Source: an uncultured Pseudobdellovibrionaceae bacterium (lineage in GTDB: Bacteria; Bdellovibrionota; FAC87; UBA2466). From it: a DNA stretch of 64,000 nt. The stretch covers positions 14,732-78,731 of the forward strand of contig CAZRZK010000011.1 in NCBI GenBank assembly GCA_964604555.1. The letters are read 5' to 3'. Position numbers and translations under genes: made by a program. The notes under the pieces are model-generated. The model was not told the DNA's origin. It searched no databases and worked only from the letters and a program-made list of their open reading frames with translations. Position 1 is the stretch's first letter. Every line of letters begins with the position of its first letter. Of this stretch, positions 37,006 through 48,097 are shown piece after piece.

Positions 37006-39102
37006 TTAGATCTGTCCGACCAAAACCTGCCGGCGTTTCGATTGTCCGGTGGCTTGGGCGACCACTCCCTCTTTTTCGAGTTCTTCCATGAGGGAGGCGG
37101 CACGGTTGTAACCAATTTTGAGGTGGCGTTGGAGGAGAGAGATGCTGGCTTCGCCTCTTTCCGAAACGATGCGAACCGCCTGATCATAGAGCCCTTTATC
37201 GGAAGGGTTGCTGCCATCTGATGAAGTTGCCCCATTTTCTTCGAGCGTTTCTTCGTAATGGAGGAGTCGTTCGTCGTAAACCGGTTGGCCTTGGGCTTTG
37301 AGCGAAGTGACCACTTTTTCAATGTCTGCATCGCTGATAAAGGCCCCTTGCATGCGTTTGAGAGACATAAATCCAGCAGAGTGGAAAAGCATGTCGCCAT
37401 TTCCTAGAAGCCGTTCGGCGCCGGTGCGATCCAAGATGGTTTTGGAGTCGACACTGGATGCGACTCTAAAGGAAATGCGACTGGGGAAGTTGGCTTTGAT
37501 GAGTCCGGTCACCACATCAGTAGATGGACGTTGCGTGGCGAGTACGAGATGGATCCCGCTGGCGCGAGCTTTTTGCGCGAGTCGGGTGATCGACATCTCC
37601 ACATCTTTTTGGGCCACCGCCATGAGGTCGGCATATTCGTCGATAACAACAACGATGTATGGAATCCGCTCAGCGGTAGCGTAATCCCCTTCTCCTTTAT
37701 CCACCTTTTCATTATAGGCATCGAGGTGGCGCACTCCCGATTGGTGCATGAGAGTGTAACGTCGTTCCATCTCTTCAACGGTCCAACGCAATGCCATCGC
37801 CGCTTTTCGAGAATCGACGACAACCGGAAGAAGGAGGTGTGGAATGGCTTCGTAACTGCTCAACTCCACCATCTTGGGGTCGACCAAAATGAGTCGCAAT
37901 TGATCGGGTGAGAATCGGTAGAGTAAACTGCAGATCATCGTGTTGATAAAAACAGACTTTCCGGTGCCGGTGCTTCCCGCTACCAAGAGGTGCGGCATTG
38001 CTCCCAATCCCGAGATCACCGGCTCGCCCGATGCTAATCTGCCGAGCACAATCGGCAATCGAGTGTCGGCCGAGTGAAAGGGGGTCTCTTTAACAATGTC
38101 TTTAAAGAAAACCGTTTCCCGATGTGGGGTTGGAATTTCAATTCCAACGACAGGCTTGCCTGGAATCGGGGCTACTATTCTCACGGAGAGAACGCTCAAT
38201 GCAAGTGTGAGATCATCGGAGAGATTGGCGATCTCCTTAATTTTTACGCCACTCGCCGGCTTGAATTCATAGACGGTGATGACAGGGCCTGAAGAGACAT
38301 TGACGATCTCCCCTTCCACTCCAAAGTCTTTTAACTTTTGAACGAGGATCTGCCCTTTTTCCTGTAGCCATGCTTTATCGTTATGTTTCGTTTTAGAATC
38401 GGCCTTCCCGCTCACGAGATCCAGCGAAGGCAGGTTGAATTTTCCCGATCTTTTAAATTTTTGTTTAGGGGTATTTCCCGTTTTCGAATGGGAAAGGCGA
38501 TCGAGGTCAGTGTCGTGATGTTGGGTGACGGAAGCGGGTTCCTCTGCTTCGGTTGTCGTCGAAGAAACAGCTGTTGGAGCCGGAATCGTCTTTTTCATTT
38601 TCAAAACCACGTAGAGTGCAACCGAAAAAATAAGGCTCGCCCATGCTCCCAGCTTTCCGAACCAAATGGAGAGGTATTTGGACATGAAAAAACCTAAAAG
38701 CCCGCCTCCATTGTGCAGTTGCCAGAATGGAGTGTTCTCTGGAAAACAGAGTTGGCTGAGAAGGCTCGCAAATAGGGAGAGCAAAACCAGCTTCGGTAGG
38801 GAAGTGAAAGGAAAGAGAAGGTAGACGGCTAGTAGGAGGCTAGTGATCCCAAACAGTTGAAAGAGAATATCGGATGTTCCGCTACCAATACTTCCCATCC
38901 AGTTTTGAGTTTGATGGAGGGTTCCCCATGAACTCATAGATGTGTCCCAAGGAGAGTAGCTAAGAAGCGAACAGAGGAGGAAAAGGCTGACTGCGATGCG
39001 GGTCAGCTTGATTAGTTCCTTCTTTTTGGGGTGGTTGAACAATGAAACAGCAAAAAAATGAGATGGGTACGGCTTGAATGAAAGTGCCTTTGAAAGTTTC
39101 AT
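37006..39102 (-). CDS. ftsK: DNA translocase FtsK
   Basis: N-terminal TM domain, Walker A GSTGTGKS, the FtsK motor domain and a C-terminal gamma winged-helix domain. Confidence 0.85.
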   Translation of the reverse strand: MKLSKALSFKPYPSHFFAVSLFNHPKKKELIKLTRIAVSLFLLCSLLSYSPWDTSMSSWGTLHQTQNWMGSIGSGTSDILFQLFGITSLLLAVYLLFPFTSLPKLVLLSLFASLLSQLCFPENTPFWQLHNGGGLLGFFMSKYLSIWFGKLGAWASLIFSVALYVVLKMKKTIPAPTAVSSTTTEAEEPASVTQHHDTDLDRLSHSKTGNTPKQKFKRSGKFNLPSLDLVSGKADSKTKHNDKAWLQEKGQILVQKLKDFGVEGEIVNVSSGPVITVYEFKPASGVKIKEIANLSDDLTLALSVLSVRIVAPIPGKPVVGIEIPTPHRETVFFKDIVKETPFHSADTRLPIVLGRLASGEPVISGLGAMPHLLVAGSTGTGKSVFINTMICSLLYRFSPDQLRLILVDPKMVELSSYEAIPHLLLPVVVDSRKAAMALRWTVEEMERRYTLMHQSGVRHLDAYNEKVDKGEGDYATAERIPYIVVVIDEYADLMAVAQKDVEMSITRLAQKARASGIHLVLATQRPSTDVVTGLIKANFPSRISFRVASSVDSKTILDRTGAERLLGNGDMLFHSAGFMSLKRMQGAFISDADIEKVVTSLKAQGQPVYDERLLHYEETLEENGATSSDGSNPSDKGLYDQAVRIVSERGEASISLLQRHLKIGYNRAASLMEELEKEGVVAQATGQSKRRQVLVGQI

Positions 39103-39182
39103 TAGGTTTTAGGATGTAAGGGAAATAGTTTGGAAAGCTACTATTAGTATAACTTACTGACAATGCTTGTCAATTACAGTTC

Positions 39183-39210
39183 TTGACACGCGATCCGCGG
39201 TTGTTATCAT
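39183..39210 (+). promoter_or_regulatory. sigma70-like promoter for cspA (TTGACA-16 bp-TATCAT) with ~85-nt 5' UTR
   Basis: TTGACA at 39183-39188, a 16-bp spacer containing the palindrome cgcgatccgcg, and TATCAT at 39205-39210. A long leader is typical of cold-shock genes. Confidence 0.4.
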
Positions 39211-39296
39211 TTGATTAGTTTGGTAAGTTTTTTTTGCCACACACAATCATAATTCGGACGTTTAAGCGGTATCAGATTCATTTTATTGGGGGGTTA

Positions 39297-39509
39297 ATGG
39301 CCACGGGTTTTGTAAAATGGTTTAATGACAATAAAGGGTATGGTTTCATTGAGCAGGAAGGTGGCGCCGATGTTTTCGTTCACTTTTCCGCAATCGAAGG
39401 TGAAGGATTTAAGTCTTTGACCGAGGGGCAAGAGGTGGAGTTCGAGATGTCGCAAGGTCCCAAAGGTCCTCAAGCGCTCAGCGTGAAGAAATTGAAGGGG
39501 AATTCGTAA
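39297..39509 (+). CDS. cspA: cold-shock protein
   Basis: [18 protein letters not shown]...VFVHFSAI matches the RNP1/RNP2 cold-shock domain. The start was moved to the ATG at 39297. Confidence 0.85.
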   Translation: MATGFVKWFNDNKGYGFIEQEGGADVFVHFSAIEGEGFKSLTEGQEVEFEMSQGPKGPQALSVKKLKGNS

Positions 39510-39549
39510 GAGTAAGGCCATTTCCCTGCCTCTTACCTCTCTTTTTTTG
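39506..39549 (+). terminator. intrinsic terminator after cspA
   Basis: Bulged hairpin gtaagagtaaggc...gcctcttac followed by ctctcttttttt. Confidence 0.5.
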
Positions 39550-39799
39550 TGTTGACACAACGGAAGTTTCCGTTCATCAAGTAGTATACTTTCTTGAGAA
39601 GACCTATCTTTGCATTTTTAGGACACTCCTCATAAGGGCAGTAGCCCCTCAACTAAGTAGGCCAGAGTTTGGATTGAGGATTTAATAAATCCCAAAAATT
39701 TTGGTAGGTCTTATAAAAGGTAACAGATATACAGATGACTCAAACTTGTGGCTCAAAATAGAAGAGTTAAAAACCCCTCTTAATTAACGCAGTATTCCA

Positions 39800-41116
39800 A
39801 TGAAAAAAGATCAATCACCCTCAAAAGATAAAGAAAAAGTAGTAGAAGAAGAGATCAAAGAAAACGTCATGCATCTGAAGGAGCTGAAGGAAAAGCCCAT
39901 TTCAGATCTCACCGAGTTGGCGCGTTCTTTAGGGGTCGAATCCCCTGGTGGCTTACGCAGACAGGAACTCATCTTCGCCATTTTGCAGGCCCAAACCGAA
40001 CAGAATGGAAGTATTTACGGCGAAGGGGTATTGGAAACCCTCCCGGATGGATTCGGGTTCTTAAGGGCGCCTGACTATAACTATCTGCCAGGTCCAGATG
40101 ATATTTATGTATCTCCGTCTCAAATTCGACGGTTCATGCTTCGAACGGGAGACACTGTTGAAGGGCAAATCCGTCCCCCGAAAGATTCGGAACGTTATTT
40201 CGCTCTGCTAAAAGTTGAAAAGATCAACTTTGAAGATCCCGATGTAGCACGGGAAAAGATCCTATTCGATAACCTGACTCCGCTCTATCCCACCGAGCGG
40301 TTAAACTTAGAATTTGAGCAGAAAAAATATTCTACTCGTGTGATCGATCTCTTAACGCCGATTGGAAAAGGGCAACGCGGACTCATCGTCGCCCCTCCCC
40401 GTGCCGGTAAGACGATGCTCATGCAAGAGATTGCGAATGCCATCACGACGAAACACCCGGAAGTGGTGTTGATTGTGCTCCTCATCGACGAACGGCCTGA
40501 AGAGGTCACCGATATGGAACGCAACGTGGATGGTGAGGTGATCAGTTCGACCTTTGACGAACCAGCCACCCGGCACGTTCAGGTCGCAGAGATGGTGATC
40601 GAAAAGGCAAAGCGTCTGGTCGAGCACAAAAAAGATGTGGTGATCCTGCTGGATAGCATCACTCGCTTGGCCCGTGCTTATAACACCGTCGTTCCCCCGA
40701 GCGGAAAGATCCTCTCAGGCGGTGTTGACTCCAACGCCCTTCATAAACCGAAACGCTTTTTTGGAGCTGCCCGTAATATTGAAAATGGCGGCAGCTTAAC
40801 CATCCTAGCGACAGCCCTCATCGATACGGGAAGTCGGATGGATGAAGTGATCTTTGAAGAGTTCAAAGGAACTGGTAACCTAGAGATCACGCTCGATCGA
40901 AAATTGATGGAAAAGCGGATTTTCCCCTGCATCGACATCAACAAATCGGGAACCCGAAAGGAAGAGCTCTTGTTAGACCGAGAGATCCTGAATCGGGTTT
41001 GGATCCTGCGGAAGGTGCTCCAGCCGATGAACGTCGTCGACAGCATGGAATTCCTGCTCGACAAGATCATGTCCACGAAGACCAATAAGGACTTCTTGGA
41101 TTCGATGAGCAGCTAA
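39800..41116 (+). CDS. rho: transcription termination factor Rho
   Basis: N-terminal RNA-binding domain, Walker [12 protein letters not shown] and the RecA-like ATPase domain. It is preceded by a ~290-nt untranslated leader. Confidence 0.9.
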   Translation: MKKDQSPSKDKEKVVEEEIKENVMHLKELKEKPISDLTELARSLGVESPGGLRRQELIFAILQAQTEQNGSIYGEGVLETLPDGFGFLRAPDYNYLPGPDDIYVSPSQIRRFMLRTGDTVEGQIRPPKDSERYFALLKVEKINFEDPDVAREKILFDNLTPLYPTERLNLEFEQKKYSTRVIDLLTPIGKGQRGLIVAPPRAGKTMLMQEIANAITTKHPEVVLIVLLIDERPEEVTDMERNVDGEVISSTFDEPATRHVQVAEMVIEKAKRLVEHKKDVVILLDSITRLARAYNTVVPPSGKILSGGVDSNALHKPKRFFGAARNIENGGSLTILATALIDTGSRMDEVIFEEFKGTGNLEITLDRKLMEKRIFPCIDINKSGTRKEELLLDREILNRVWILRKVLQPMNVVDSMEFLLDKIMSTKTNKDFLDSMSS

Positions 41117-41140
41117 AAAGAGAGTTTTTTCTCATAACGA

Positions 41141-41632
41141 TTGATGAAGCCAAAAAACCTCATCTTGCTTTCAGTCAGCGGCTTCATTGTCAGCATCGAT
41201 CAAGCGGTAAAAAGTTACGTCCTGAATGCCCTGGCCCTTGGGGATTCTAAAAATCTCCTGGGAAGTTTTCTCAAGCTTGTTCACCATAAAAGCAATGGCC
41301 CCATTTTCCGTTTCATCCAAAGTATTCCGGCTGACTTTCAAGATATTTTTTTGGTTGCCGTTCCCGTGGTGGCGTTGGTTCTTTTAATCCTTATCTTCTT
41401 GAAGATCGATGATGGGGGGTTTGTCTCTTCTGCCTCACTAATGCTGATTTTGTCTGGAGCCCTCGCGAACCTGCTGGATCGACTCCAGCATGATTTTGTG
41501 ATCGATTGCATTGTGGTTGCCGATTACTGGTCCTTCAATCTAGCCGATGTCAGTATTTTAGCGGGTACACTGCTCATGATCACAAACACCTTGCTCCAAC
41601 ACCAAAAGAAACTCAGAATAGAGAAAAAATGA
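41141..41632 (+). CDS. lipoprotein signal peptidase II paralog (divergent LspA-like)
   Basis: 4-TM protein with LspA-like motifs (SNGPIFRF, WSFNLADVSI, ANLLDRLQHDFVIDC) that retain both catalytic Asp positions. Confidence 0.5.
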   Translation: MMKPKNLILLSVSGFIVSIDQAVKSYVLNALALGDSKNLLGSFLKLVHHKSNGPIFRFIQSIPADFQDIFLVAVPVVALVLLILIFLKIDDGGFVSSASLMLILSGALANLLDRLQHDFVIDCIVVADYWSFNLADVSILAGTLLMITNTLLQHQKKLRIEKK

Positions 41633-42141
41633 TGAGTGTTAACCGTTGGAAAATCTATTTTTTAGCTGGAATTGGGCTCTCTGTCTTGGTGCTGGATCAG
41701 ATTACCAAATACTGGATCTACTCCCGTTTTCATTGGGGTGAAAGCGTGGTGGTGATCCCTAATTTCTTTGCCATTACCTATGTCCGTAACATGGGGGCCG
41801 CCTTTGGATTTCTTCACCGAGCCCCTGAGTGGTTCCGTACCCCATTCTTTCTGGTGGTGCCGCTTATTATTTTGGCGGTTTTGAGCGGAATGTTTATTAA
41901 GTTGAAACCAGAACAGAAATGGATGGGGGCAGCAATCTCCTTGATCATTTCCGGAGCCATTGGAAATATCATCGATCGGGCCCGTTTTGGTTATGTAGTG
42001 GATTTCTTAGATTTCCATTATAAAGAGGTTTATCATTGGCCCGCCTTCAATGTGGCCGATTCCAGTATTGTAGTAGGAGTTTGCCTGATTTTCTTAATCT
42101 CCTGGTTTGAAAAGAAACCATCCCCCTCTCCTATTGGCTAA
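41629..42141 (+). CDS. lspA: lipoprotein signal peptidase II
   Basis: Canonical motifs VRNMGAAFGFL, GNIIDRARFGYVVDF and WPAFNVADS. Its ATG overlaps the stop of the upstream paralog (ATGATGA). Confidence 0.8.
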   Translation: MMSVNRWKIYFLAGIGLSVLVLDQITKYWIYSRFHWGESVVVIPNFFAITYVRNMGAAFGFLHRAPEWFRTPFFLVVPLIILAVLSGMFIKLKPEQKWMGAAISLIISGAIGNIIDRARFGYVVDFLDFHYKEVYHWPAFNVADSSIVVGVCLIFLISWFEKKPSPSPIG

Positions 42142-42173
42142 AACCGCCTACCCATGCTATATCTTCCCTCCTC

Positions 42174-43472
42174 ATGAAACACGAACATGCCCATGAAATC
42201 AGGGTTAAAGAGGTTAAAAAGCTGTCCCCAATCCTTCGCCGGGTAGAGGTGGAGATCCCCGCTGAGGAGATTGAACACCATGAAAAGGATACCGAACGAC
42301 GGTATCAGCGGCAGGCCAAGGTGCCAGGTTTCCGTCCAGGAAAGGCGCCTCAAACGATTGTTCGGCAGCAGTACTTGGCCGATATCCAAAAAGAGGTTTT
42401 TGAGCATTTAGTGCGCTCGGCTCTTTGGGAAGCGCTTAAAAAAACCGAATTGAACCCGCTCAATCACCCTACGTTAGATATTAAACAAGGGGCTTATCCC
42501 ACTGGGAAAGAGATCCATTTCTCGATTGAATTTGAAATCCGGCCTGAGATCGAATTGAAGAGCTACAAAGGCATCAGCCTTATTAAAAAAGAGGTTACGA
42601 TCGAAGATGCAGAGGTGGATAAAGTTCTCGAATCGCTTCGTGAGCGTTCTGCCACGATGGAACCGGTAGAGATCGCTACACCTGAAAAAGGGCATTTTGC
42701 GAATGTGGAAATGGCCTTTGAAGTTTTGGAAGATGGCGGCTTGAAGCAGCCCATGCGCGCGACGATGATCGAAATTGAAGGGGAAGGGGTGCTGCCTGAG
42801 CTAAACACCCAGCTCAAGCAGATGAAGATCGATGAGCAAAAAACGTTTGAAACCGATTTTCCCGCCGACTATCCCTCTGAAGGATTGAAAGGAAAGAAGG
42901 TTCGGTTCGAGCTTAAGTTGTTGGGAATCAAGAAGCAGGTTCTTCCTGAGCTCGATGATGCCTTTGCCTCGTCGATGCGAGAAGGTTTTACTCTAGAGCA
43001 GTTGAAAACTGAGATTAAAGAAAATCTCACGCAGTCTAAGAAAAATGAAAAGCAAGAAGAGGATCGCCAAAAGATTGTAGACCATTTGATCAAGAACAAT
43101 CCTTTTGAAGTGCCTCAGTCGTTGGTAGAGAATCAGGTCAGCCGGTTTCTTTCCCGAGCGAATCAAAATCCGAAAGCGAAACCGATTACAATCGAACAGC
43201 TCTCTCCCGAACAGAAAAAGGATCTCACCAAGCGAGCCGAAGAAACGGTCCGTGGATCGATGTTGTTGAGTGAAGTGGCTCAGCAAGAAAAGATTGCGGT
43301 TGATGAAGCCCGTTTAGAGGCACGGATCGCCGAGATTGCCAAAGGGATGCAAAAGCCCGACAATGAAGTGCGATTGTTGCTTGAAGGCAAGGGAATGATG
43401 GATCAGTTAAAGGATGAGATCCTCACCGAGCAGACCTTCGACTACCTTTTGCAGTCCGCTGACTGGCAATAA
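42174..43472 (+). CDS. tig: trigger factor
   Basis: N-terminal ribosome-binding motif (GFRPGKAP), an FKBP-type PPIase domain and the C-terminal arm. Confidence 0.85.
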   Translation: MKHEHAHEIRVKEVKKLSPILRRVEVEIPAEEIEHHEKDTERRYQRQAKVPGFRPGKAPQTIVRQQYLADIQKEVFEHLVRSALWEALKKTELNPLNHPTLDIKQGAYPTGKEIHFSIEFEIRPEIELKSYKGISLIKKEVTIEDAEVDKVLESLRERSATMEPVEIATPEKGHFANVEMAFEVLEDGGLKQPMRATMIEIEGEGVLPELNTQLKQMKIDEQKTFETDFPADYPSEGLKGKKVRFELKLLGIKKQVLPELDDAFASSMREGFTLEQLKTEIKENLTQSKKNEKQEEDRQKIVDHLIKNNPFEVPQSLVENQVSRFLSRANQNPKAKPITIEQLSPEQKKDLTKRAEETVRGSMLLSEVAQQEKIAVDEARLEARIAEIAKGMQKPDNEVRLLLEGKGMMDQLKDEILTEQTFDYLLQSADWQ

Positions 43473-43579
43473 AAAGACATCGGGTGCTTTTTACTGTGAC
43501 TTAACGGGTCTTGTCACATCTATTGATATTAGGGTACAAGTATTAGAACATCTTGGTTTTTTTTCACAGAAGGAACCAC

Positions 43580-44245
43580 ATGATCAGACACCAAAATCCA
43601 CCAGGCAATTCCATCGCTAGCTCTAATCTCGATGTCAGTAATTACCTGGTTCCTATCGTAGTCGAGCAGACTCCTCGCGGAGAGCGGTCTTATGATATCT
43701 ATTCCCGCCTGCTCAAGGAACGAATTCTGTTTATCGGTTCCCAGATCGATGACCCTATAGCCAATTTAGTCATTGCCCAGCTCCTTTTCTTAGAATCGGA
43801 AGATCCTGAAGCCGACATCCATCTCTATATCAACTCGCCCGGGGGCAGTGTGTCAGCGGGAATGGGGATTTACGATATGATGCAGTATGTAAAACCCGAT
43901 ATATCTACCTATTGCACGGGCTTAGCAGCCAGCATGGGGGCGGTGTTATTGGCGGCAGGGGCCAAGGGAAAACGCTATGCGTTACCCAATTCTCAGATTA
44001 TGATCCATCAGCCTTTAGGGGGAGCTCAAGGTCAGGCAACTGATATTGCGATCCAGGCAAAACAGATTTTGCACTTAAAGGAAAAGTTAAACCTTATTTT
44101 GGTCCATCACACTGGACAGCCGATGGAGCAAATTGAGAAGGATACCGATCGCGATCGCTATATGTCCGCGGAAGATGCCAAGGAATATGGGATTGTTGAT
44201 AATGTCATTAAGCACCGAACCGTAGGAGCCAAAGGATCGAAATAA
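43580..44245 (+). CDS. clpP: ATP-dependent Clp protease proteolytic subunit
   Basis: Catalytic Ser motif GLAASMGA, plus His and Asp. The start was moved to the ATG at 43580 with an upstream RBS. Confidence 0.9.
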   Translation: MIRHQNPPGNSIASSNLDVSNYLVPIVVEQTPRGERSYDIYSRLLKERILFIGSQIDDPIANLVIAQLLFLESEDPEADIHLYINSPGGSVSAGMGIYDMMQYVKPDISTYCTGLAASMGAVLLAAGAKGKRYALPNSQIMIHQPLGGAQGQATDIAIQAKQILHLKEKLNLILVHHTGQPMEQIEKDTDRDRYMSAEDAKEYGIVDNVIKHRTVGAKGSK

Positions 44246-44258
44246 TAAGGAGGCATCG

Positions 44259-45548
44259 ATGAGCCGTAGAGAAAGCGATGGTTTTGGGAATCTAGTCTGT
44301 AGTTTTTGTGGGAAAAGCCAACGTGAAGTGAAAAAGCTCATCGCTGGGCCGACGGTCCACATTTGCGATGAGTGTATCGAGCTTTGCAATGACATCATTG
44401 CAGAAGAGGCTCAGAAGGAAGACGTTCGTGGCCCGGCCTCTAAGATTCCTAAACCTACCGAGATCAAAAGTGTTCTGGATGATTATGTGATTGGCCAAGA
44501 TCGGGCCAAGAAAACCCTTTCGGTGGCGGTCCACAATCATTACAAACGCATTTTCAGCGGTAAAACCACCGCAAGCCACGGGTCTGAAGTCGAAGTTCAG
44601 AAAAGCAACATTCTTTTGATTGGCCCCACCGGAAGTGGAAAAACATTGTTGGCGCAAACCTTAGCGCGTCTCTTAAAAGTTCCCTTTACGATTGTCGATG
44701 CAACGACCTTAACAGAAGCCGGTTATGTGGGGGAAGATGTTGAGAACATTATTCTCTATTTGCTTCAAGCAGCCGATTACGACATCGAAAAGACCCAGCG
44801 CGGGATCGTCTATATCGATGAAATCGATAAGATTGCGCGCAAAGGAGATAATCCCTCCATCACCCGTGACGTATCGGGTGAAGGGGTCCAACAGGCTCTC
44901 TTGAAAATTTTCGAAGGGACCCGTGCGAATGTTCCGCCCAAAGGCGGGAGGAAACACCCTCAGCAGGAATTTCTGCAGGTCGACACTTCCAACATCCTCT
45001 TTATTTGCGGGGGCGCCTTTGTGGGATTGGATCGGGTGATAGAACAGCGGACCCATAAGCGCGGAATGGGGATCGGCGCAGAGGTGAAATCGACCAAGGA
45101 GAAGGCAAAAGATCCCGCACTCCATCAAGTGCAGCAGGAAGATCTTTTAAGATTTGGAATGATCCCAGAGTTTATTGGTCGTTTGCCGGTGGTGGCGACT
45201 CTCGATGAGTTGAATGAAGCCGCTTTGGTCAGGATTCTTACCGAACCGAAGAATGCCATCATCAAGCAATACCAAAAACTTTTTGAATATGAGAATGTGA
45301 AGCTTAAATTCGACGATCATTCCCTTCACACCATCGCCAAAGAAGCACTTAAAACCAAAACAGGCGCTCGGGGCTTACGTTCCATTTTGGAACATGCCAT
45401 GTTGGATATTATGTATGACCTACCTTCAATTCCCAATTTGAAGGAGTGCATCATTACCGAAGAGGTCATTACGCAAAACGCCAGACCCCAATTAGTGACT
45501 GGTCCTGCGGAAGAATCGGATCTGGCGAAAAAAGCAGAATCGGCATAA
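44259..45548 (+). CDS. clpX: ATP-dependent Clp protease ATP-binding subunit ClpX
   Basis: Zinc-binding CSFCGK...CDEC, Walker A GPTGSGKT and an AAA+ lid domain. Confidence 0.9.
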   Translation: MSRRESDGFGNLVCSFCGKSQREVKKLIAGPTVHICDECIELCNDIIAEEAQKEDVRGPASKIPKPTEIKSVLDDYVIGQDRAKKTLSVAVHNHYKRIFSGKTTASHGSEVEVQKSNILLIGPTGSGKTLLAQTLARLLKVPFTIVDATTLTEAGYVGEDVENIILYLLQAADYDIEKTQRGIVYIDEIDKIARKGDNPSITRDVSGEGVQQALLKIFEGTRANVPPKGGRKHPQQEFLQVDTSNILFICGGAFVGLDRVIEQRTHKRGMGIGAEVKSTKEKAKDPALHQVQQEDLLRFGMIPEFIGRLPVVATLDELNEAALVRILTEPKNAIIKQYQKLFEYENVKLKFDDHSLHTIAKEALKTKTGARGLRSILEHAMLDIMYDLPSIPNLKECIITEEVITQNARPQLVTGPAEESDLAKKAESA

Positions 45549-45616
45549 TGCATATTAAGGTATAATAGATATTAAGAAGTGGTAGTTTTCTCTTTTCCCC
45601 ATGGAGGTAACTTCCA

Positions 45617-48040
45617 ATGCAAAAAAAGGCAGAACCGATCACTACCTATTCGCTTTTACCTCTCAGGGACATTATCGTCTTCCCTCACATGGTGGTTCCG
45701 CTTTTTGTGGGGCGCGAAAAGTCTATCCGAGCGCTCGAGGAGGCGATGACTGGCAAGAAGCAGATCGTCTTATCGGCCCAAAAAAAGGCGCAAAACAATA
45801 ACCCCGATGACAAAGATATTTTCACGATTGGAACCATCGCCAACATCATCCAGCTTTTGAGACTCCCCGATGGAACCCTCAAAGTTTTGGTCGAAGGAGC
45901 TCAGCGAGCCCGCATTTTAAAATACATCGAGCGGGATCAAACCTTCCGGGTGGAAGCAGAGCCACTTCCTGAAAAACTGGCTTCCGTGGTGGAAGCAGAG
46001 GCCTTCTTAAGAAGCGTTAAAAACGCCTTTGAAGCCTATGTAAAATTAAACAAACGGATACCCGCTGAACTTTTGATGTCGGTACTAGCCATCGAAGAGC
46101 CTGGAAAATTGGCCGATACCATTATCCCTCATCTCAATATTAAGGTTGAAGAGAAGCAGAATCTCTTAGAAATGCTCGATGCAGGCGAGCGGTTAGAAAG
46201 ACTATATGGTTTGATCGAAGGGGAGATCGAGATCCTCCAGGTCGAGAAGAAAATCCGCCATCGAGTAAAGAAGCAGATGGAACGCTCGCAGAAGGAGTAT
46301 TACCTCAACGAGCAGATGCAGGCGATCCAGAAGGAGTTGGGCGAACGGGATGAATTTAAGAATGAAATTGCTGAAATCGAAAAGGCGATCAAGCGATGCC
46401 ATATGCCGGAAGAGGCCAATGCCAAGGCAAGGACCGAACTAAAAAAACTAAAGATGATGTCCCCGATGTCGGCTGAGGCAACGGTTGTCAGAAATTATTT
46501 GGATTGGATGATCTCTCTTCCGTGGAGCCAAAAGACCGATGACAAGATAGATCTTAAAAACACGCTCAATGTTTTAGATACTGATCATTTTGGTTTAACC
46601 ACCGTCAAGGAGCGTATCTTAGAGCACTTGGCGGTGCAGGGATTAGTAGAAAAAATACAAGGTCCCATCCTTTGTTTGGTAGGCCCACCAGGTGTTGGAA
46701 AAACCTCCTTGGCTCGATCCATTGCGAAATCGATGGGAAGAAAGTTTGTAAAGATCTCTTTGGGTGGAGTCAGGGATGAAGCTGAAATTCGGGGTCATCG
46801 CCGCACCTATATCGGCGCACTTCCCGGGAAGCTGATCCAGTCGATGAAGAAGGCGGAGACGGTCAATCCAGTCATTTTGCTGGATGAGATCGACAAGATG
46901 AGCACCGATTTCCGCGGAGATCCTTCCAGTGCCCTCTTAGAGGTTTTGGATCCCGAGCAGAATAAGTATTTTTCCGATCATTATCTCGAAGTAGAATATG
47001 ATCTTTCCAATGTGATGTTTGTGACAACCGCTAATTCACAGCACACTATTCCATGGGCCCTTTTGGATCGTCTCGAGGTGATCTCCCTCTCCGGTTATAC
47101 CGAAGAGGAAAAGCTGGAGATCTCAAAACAACACTTGATCCCAAAACTACTGAGTCGCCATGGACTGAAAGAAAATCAGGTTACTTTCAAGCCGCCCGCA
47201 GTGATGGATCTCATTCGCCATTACACTAAAGAAGCCGGGGTAAGAAATTTAGAGCGCGAAATCGCCGCCGTTTGCCGAAAACTCGCGCGGCAAACGCTTG
47301 AGAACCCGGGAAAGAAGAAAAATTTCGTGGTCGTTCCAAAAATGGTTGAGGAACTTTTAGGGCCACAAAAGTATCGCTACCAAAAAGCGGAACGCAGTCC
47401 CGAGATTGGCCTTTGTAATGGGCTGGCCTATACCGAAACAGGTGGGGATCTTTTACAGATCGAAGTGGTTCAGATGCCCGGTAAAGGAAAGTTCCAGGTC
47501 ACCGGAAAACTGGGCGAGGTGATGCAGGAGTCGGCCCAAGCAGCGATGAGCTATGTTCGCTCTCGCGCCAAGTTATTAGGGCTCGATCCTGAATTCTATC
47601 AAAAACTCGATATCCACGTGCACGTTCCAGAAGGGGCTATTCCCAAAGATGGCCCTTCGGCAGGTATTACCATGGCCACCGCCCTAGTGAGTGCGCTCAC
47701 TTCAAAGCCAATCAAGAGTACTGTTGCCATGACGGGTGAAATTACATTACGAGGAACGGTCCTGCCTATTGGGGGGCTCAAAGAAAAAATGTTGGCCGCC
47801 TATCGGGGGGGGATCAAAACGGTCATTATTCCCATCGATAATGAAAAGGACCTCAAAGATATTCCCAAAAATATCTTGAAGGAATTTGAAGTCATCAAGG
47901 TGAGCCACGCCGATCAGGTTTTAAGAGCAGCAATCGATGCTCCCGAGGTTTTTGTGACAAAGGGGGTGCCGCCAGAACCGGTAATAGCTCCCGTAGATGT
48001 CGTAAAGAAAGAAGAACCGATTCTTCCTGCGACTCATTAA
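45617..48040 (+). CDS. lon: Lon protease
   Basis: LON N-terminal domain, Walker [10 protein letters not shown], and the catalytic Ser-Lys protease domain ([15 protein letters not shown]). Confidence 0.9.
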   Translation: MQKKAEPITTYSLLPLRDIIVFPHMVVPLFVGREKSIRALEEAMTGKKQIVLSAQKKAQNNNPDDKDIFTIGTIANIIQLLRLPDGTLKVLVEGAQRARILKYIERDQTFRVEAEPLPEKLASVVEAEAFLRSVKNAFEAYVKLNKRIPAELLMSVLAIEEPGKLADTIIPHLNIKVEEKQNLLEMLDAGERLERLYGLIEGEIEILQVEKKIRHRVKKQMERSQKEYYLNEQMQAIQKELGERDEFKNEIAEIEKAIKRCHMPEEANAKARTELKKLKMMSPMSAEATVVRNYLDWMISLPWSQKTDDKIDLKNTLNVLDTDHFGLTTVKERILEHLAVQGLVEKIQGPILCLVGPPGVGKTSLARSIAKSMGRKFVKISLGGVRDEAEIRGHRRTYIGALPGKLIQSMKKAETVNPVILLDEIDKMSTDFRGDPSSALLEVLDPEQNKYFSDHYLEVEYDLSNVMFVTTANSQHTIPWALLDRLEVISLSGYTEEEKLEISKQHLIPKLLSRHGLKENQVTFKPPAVMDLIRHYTKEAGVRNLEREIAAVCRKLARQTLENPGKKKNFVVVPKMVEELLGPQKYRYQKAERSPEIGLCNGLAYTETGGDLLQIEVVQMPGKGKFQVTGKLGEVMQESAQAAMSYVRSRAKLLGLDPEFYQKLDIHVHVPEGAIPKDGPSAGITMATALVSALTSKPIKSTVAMTGEITLRGTVLPIGGLKEKMLAAYRGGIKTVIIPIDNEKDLKDIPKNILKEFEVIKVSHADQVLRAAIDAPEVFVTKGVPPEPVIAPVDVVKKEEPILPATH

Positions 48041-48097
48041 CCCTCGCTGAACAAGATTTTTGTTGATCCCTTTGCCAGACCTGGTACAGGGATCAGT

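Noticed and set aside
39552-39590. TTGACA ... TATACT as a rho promoter
   Set aside because: The spacing between the hexamers is ~27 bp, incompatible with a sigma70 promoter. Only the TTGACA hexamer is noted, within the leader finding.
41506-41628. Upstream extension of the second lspA ORF (start at 41506)
   Set aside because: The extension overlaps the first lspA paralog in another frame. The ATG at 41629 overlapping the upstream stop gives a canonical LspA N-terminus.
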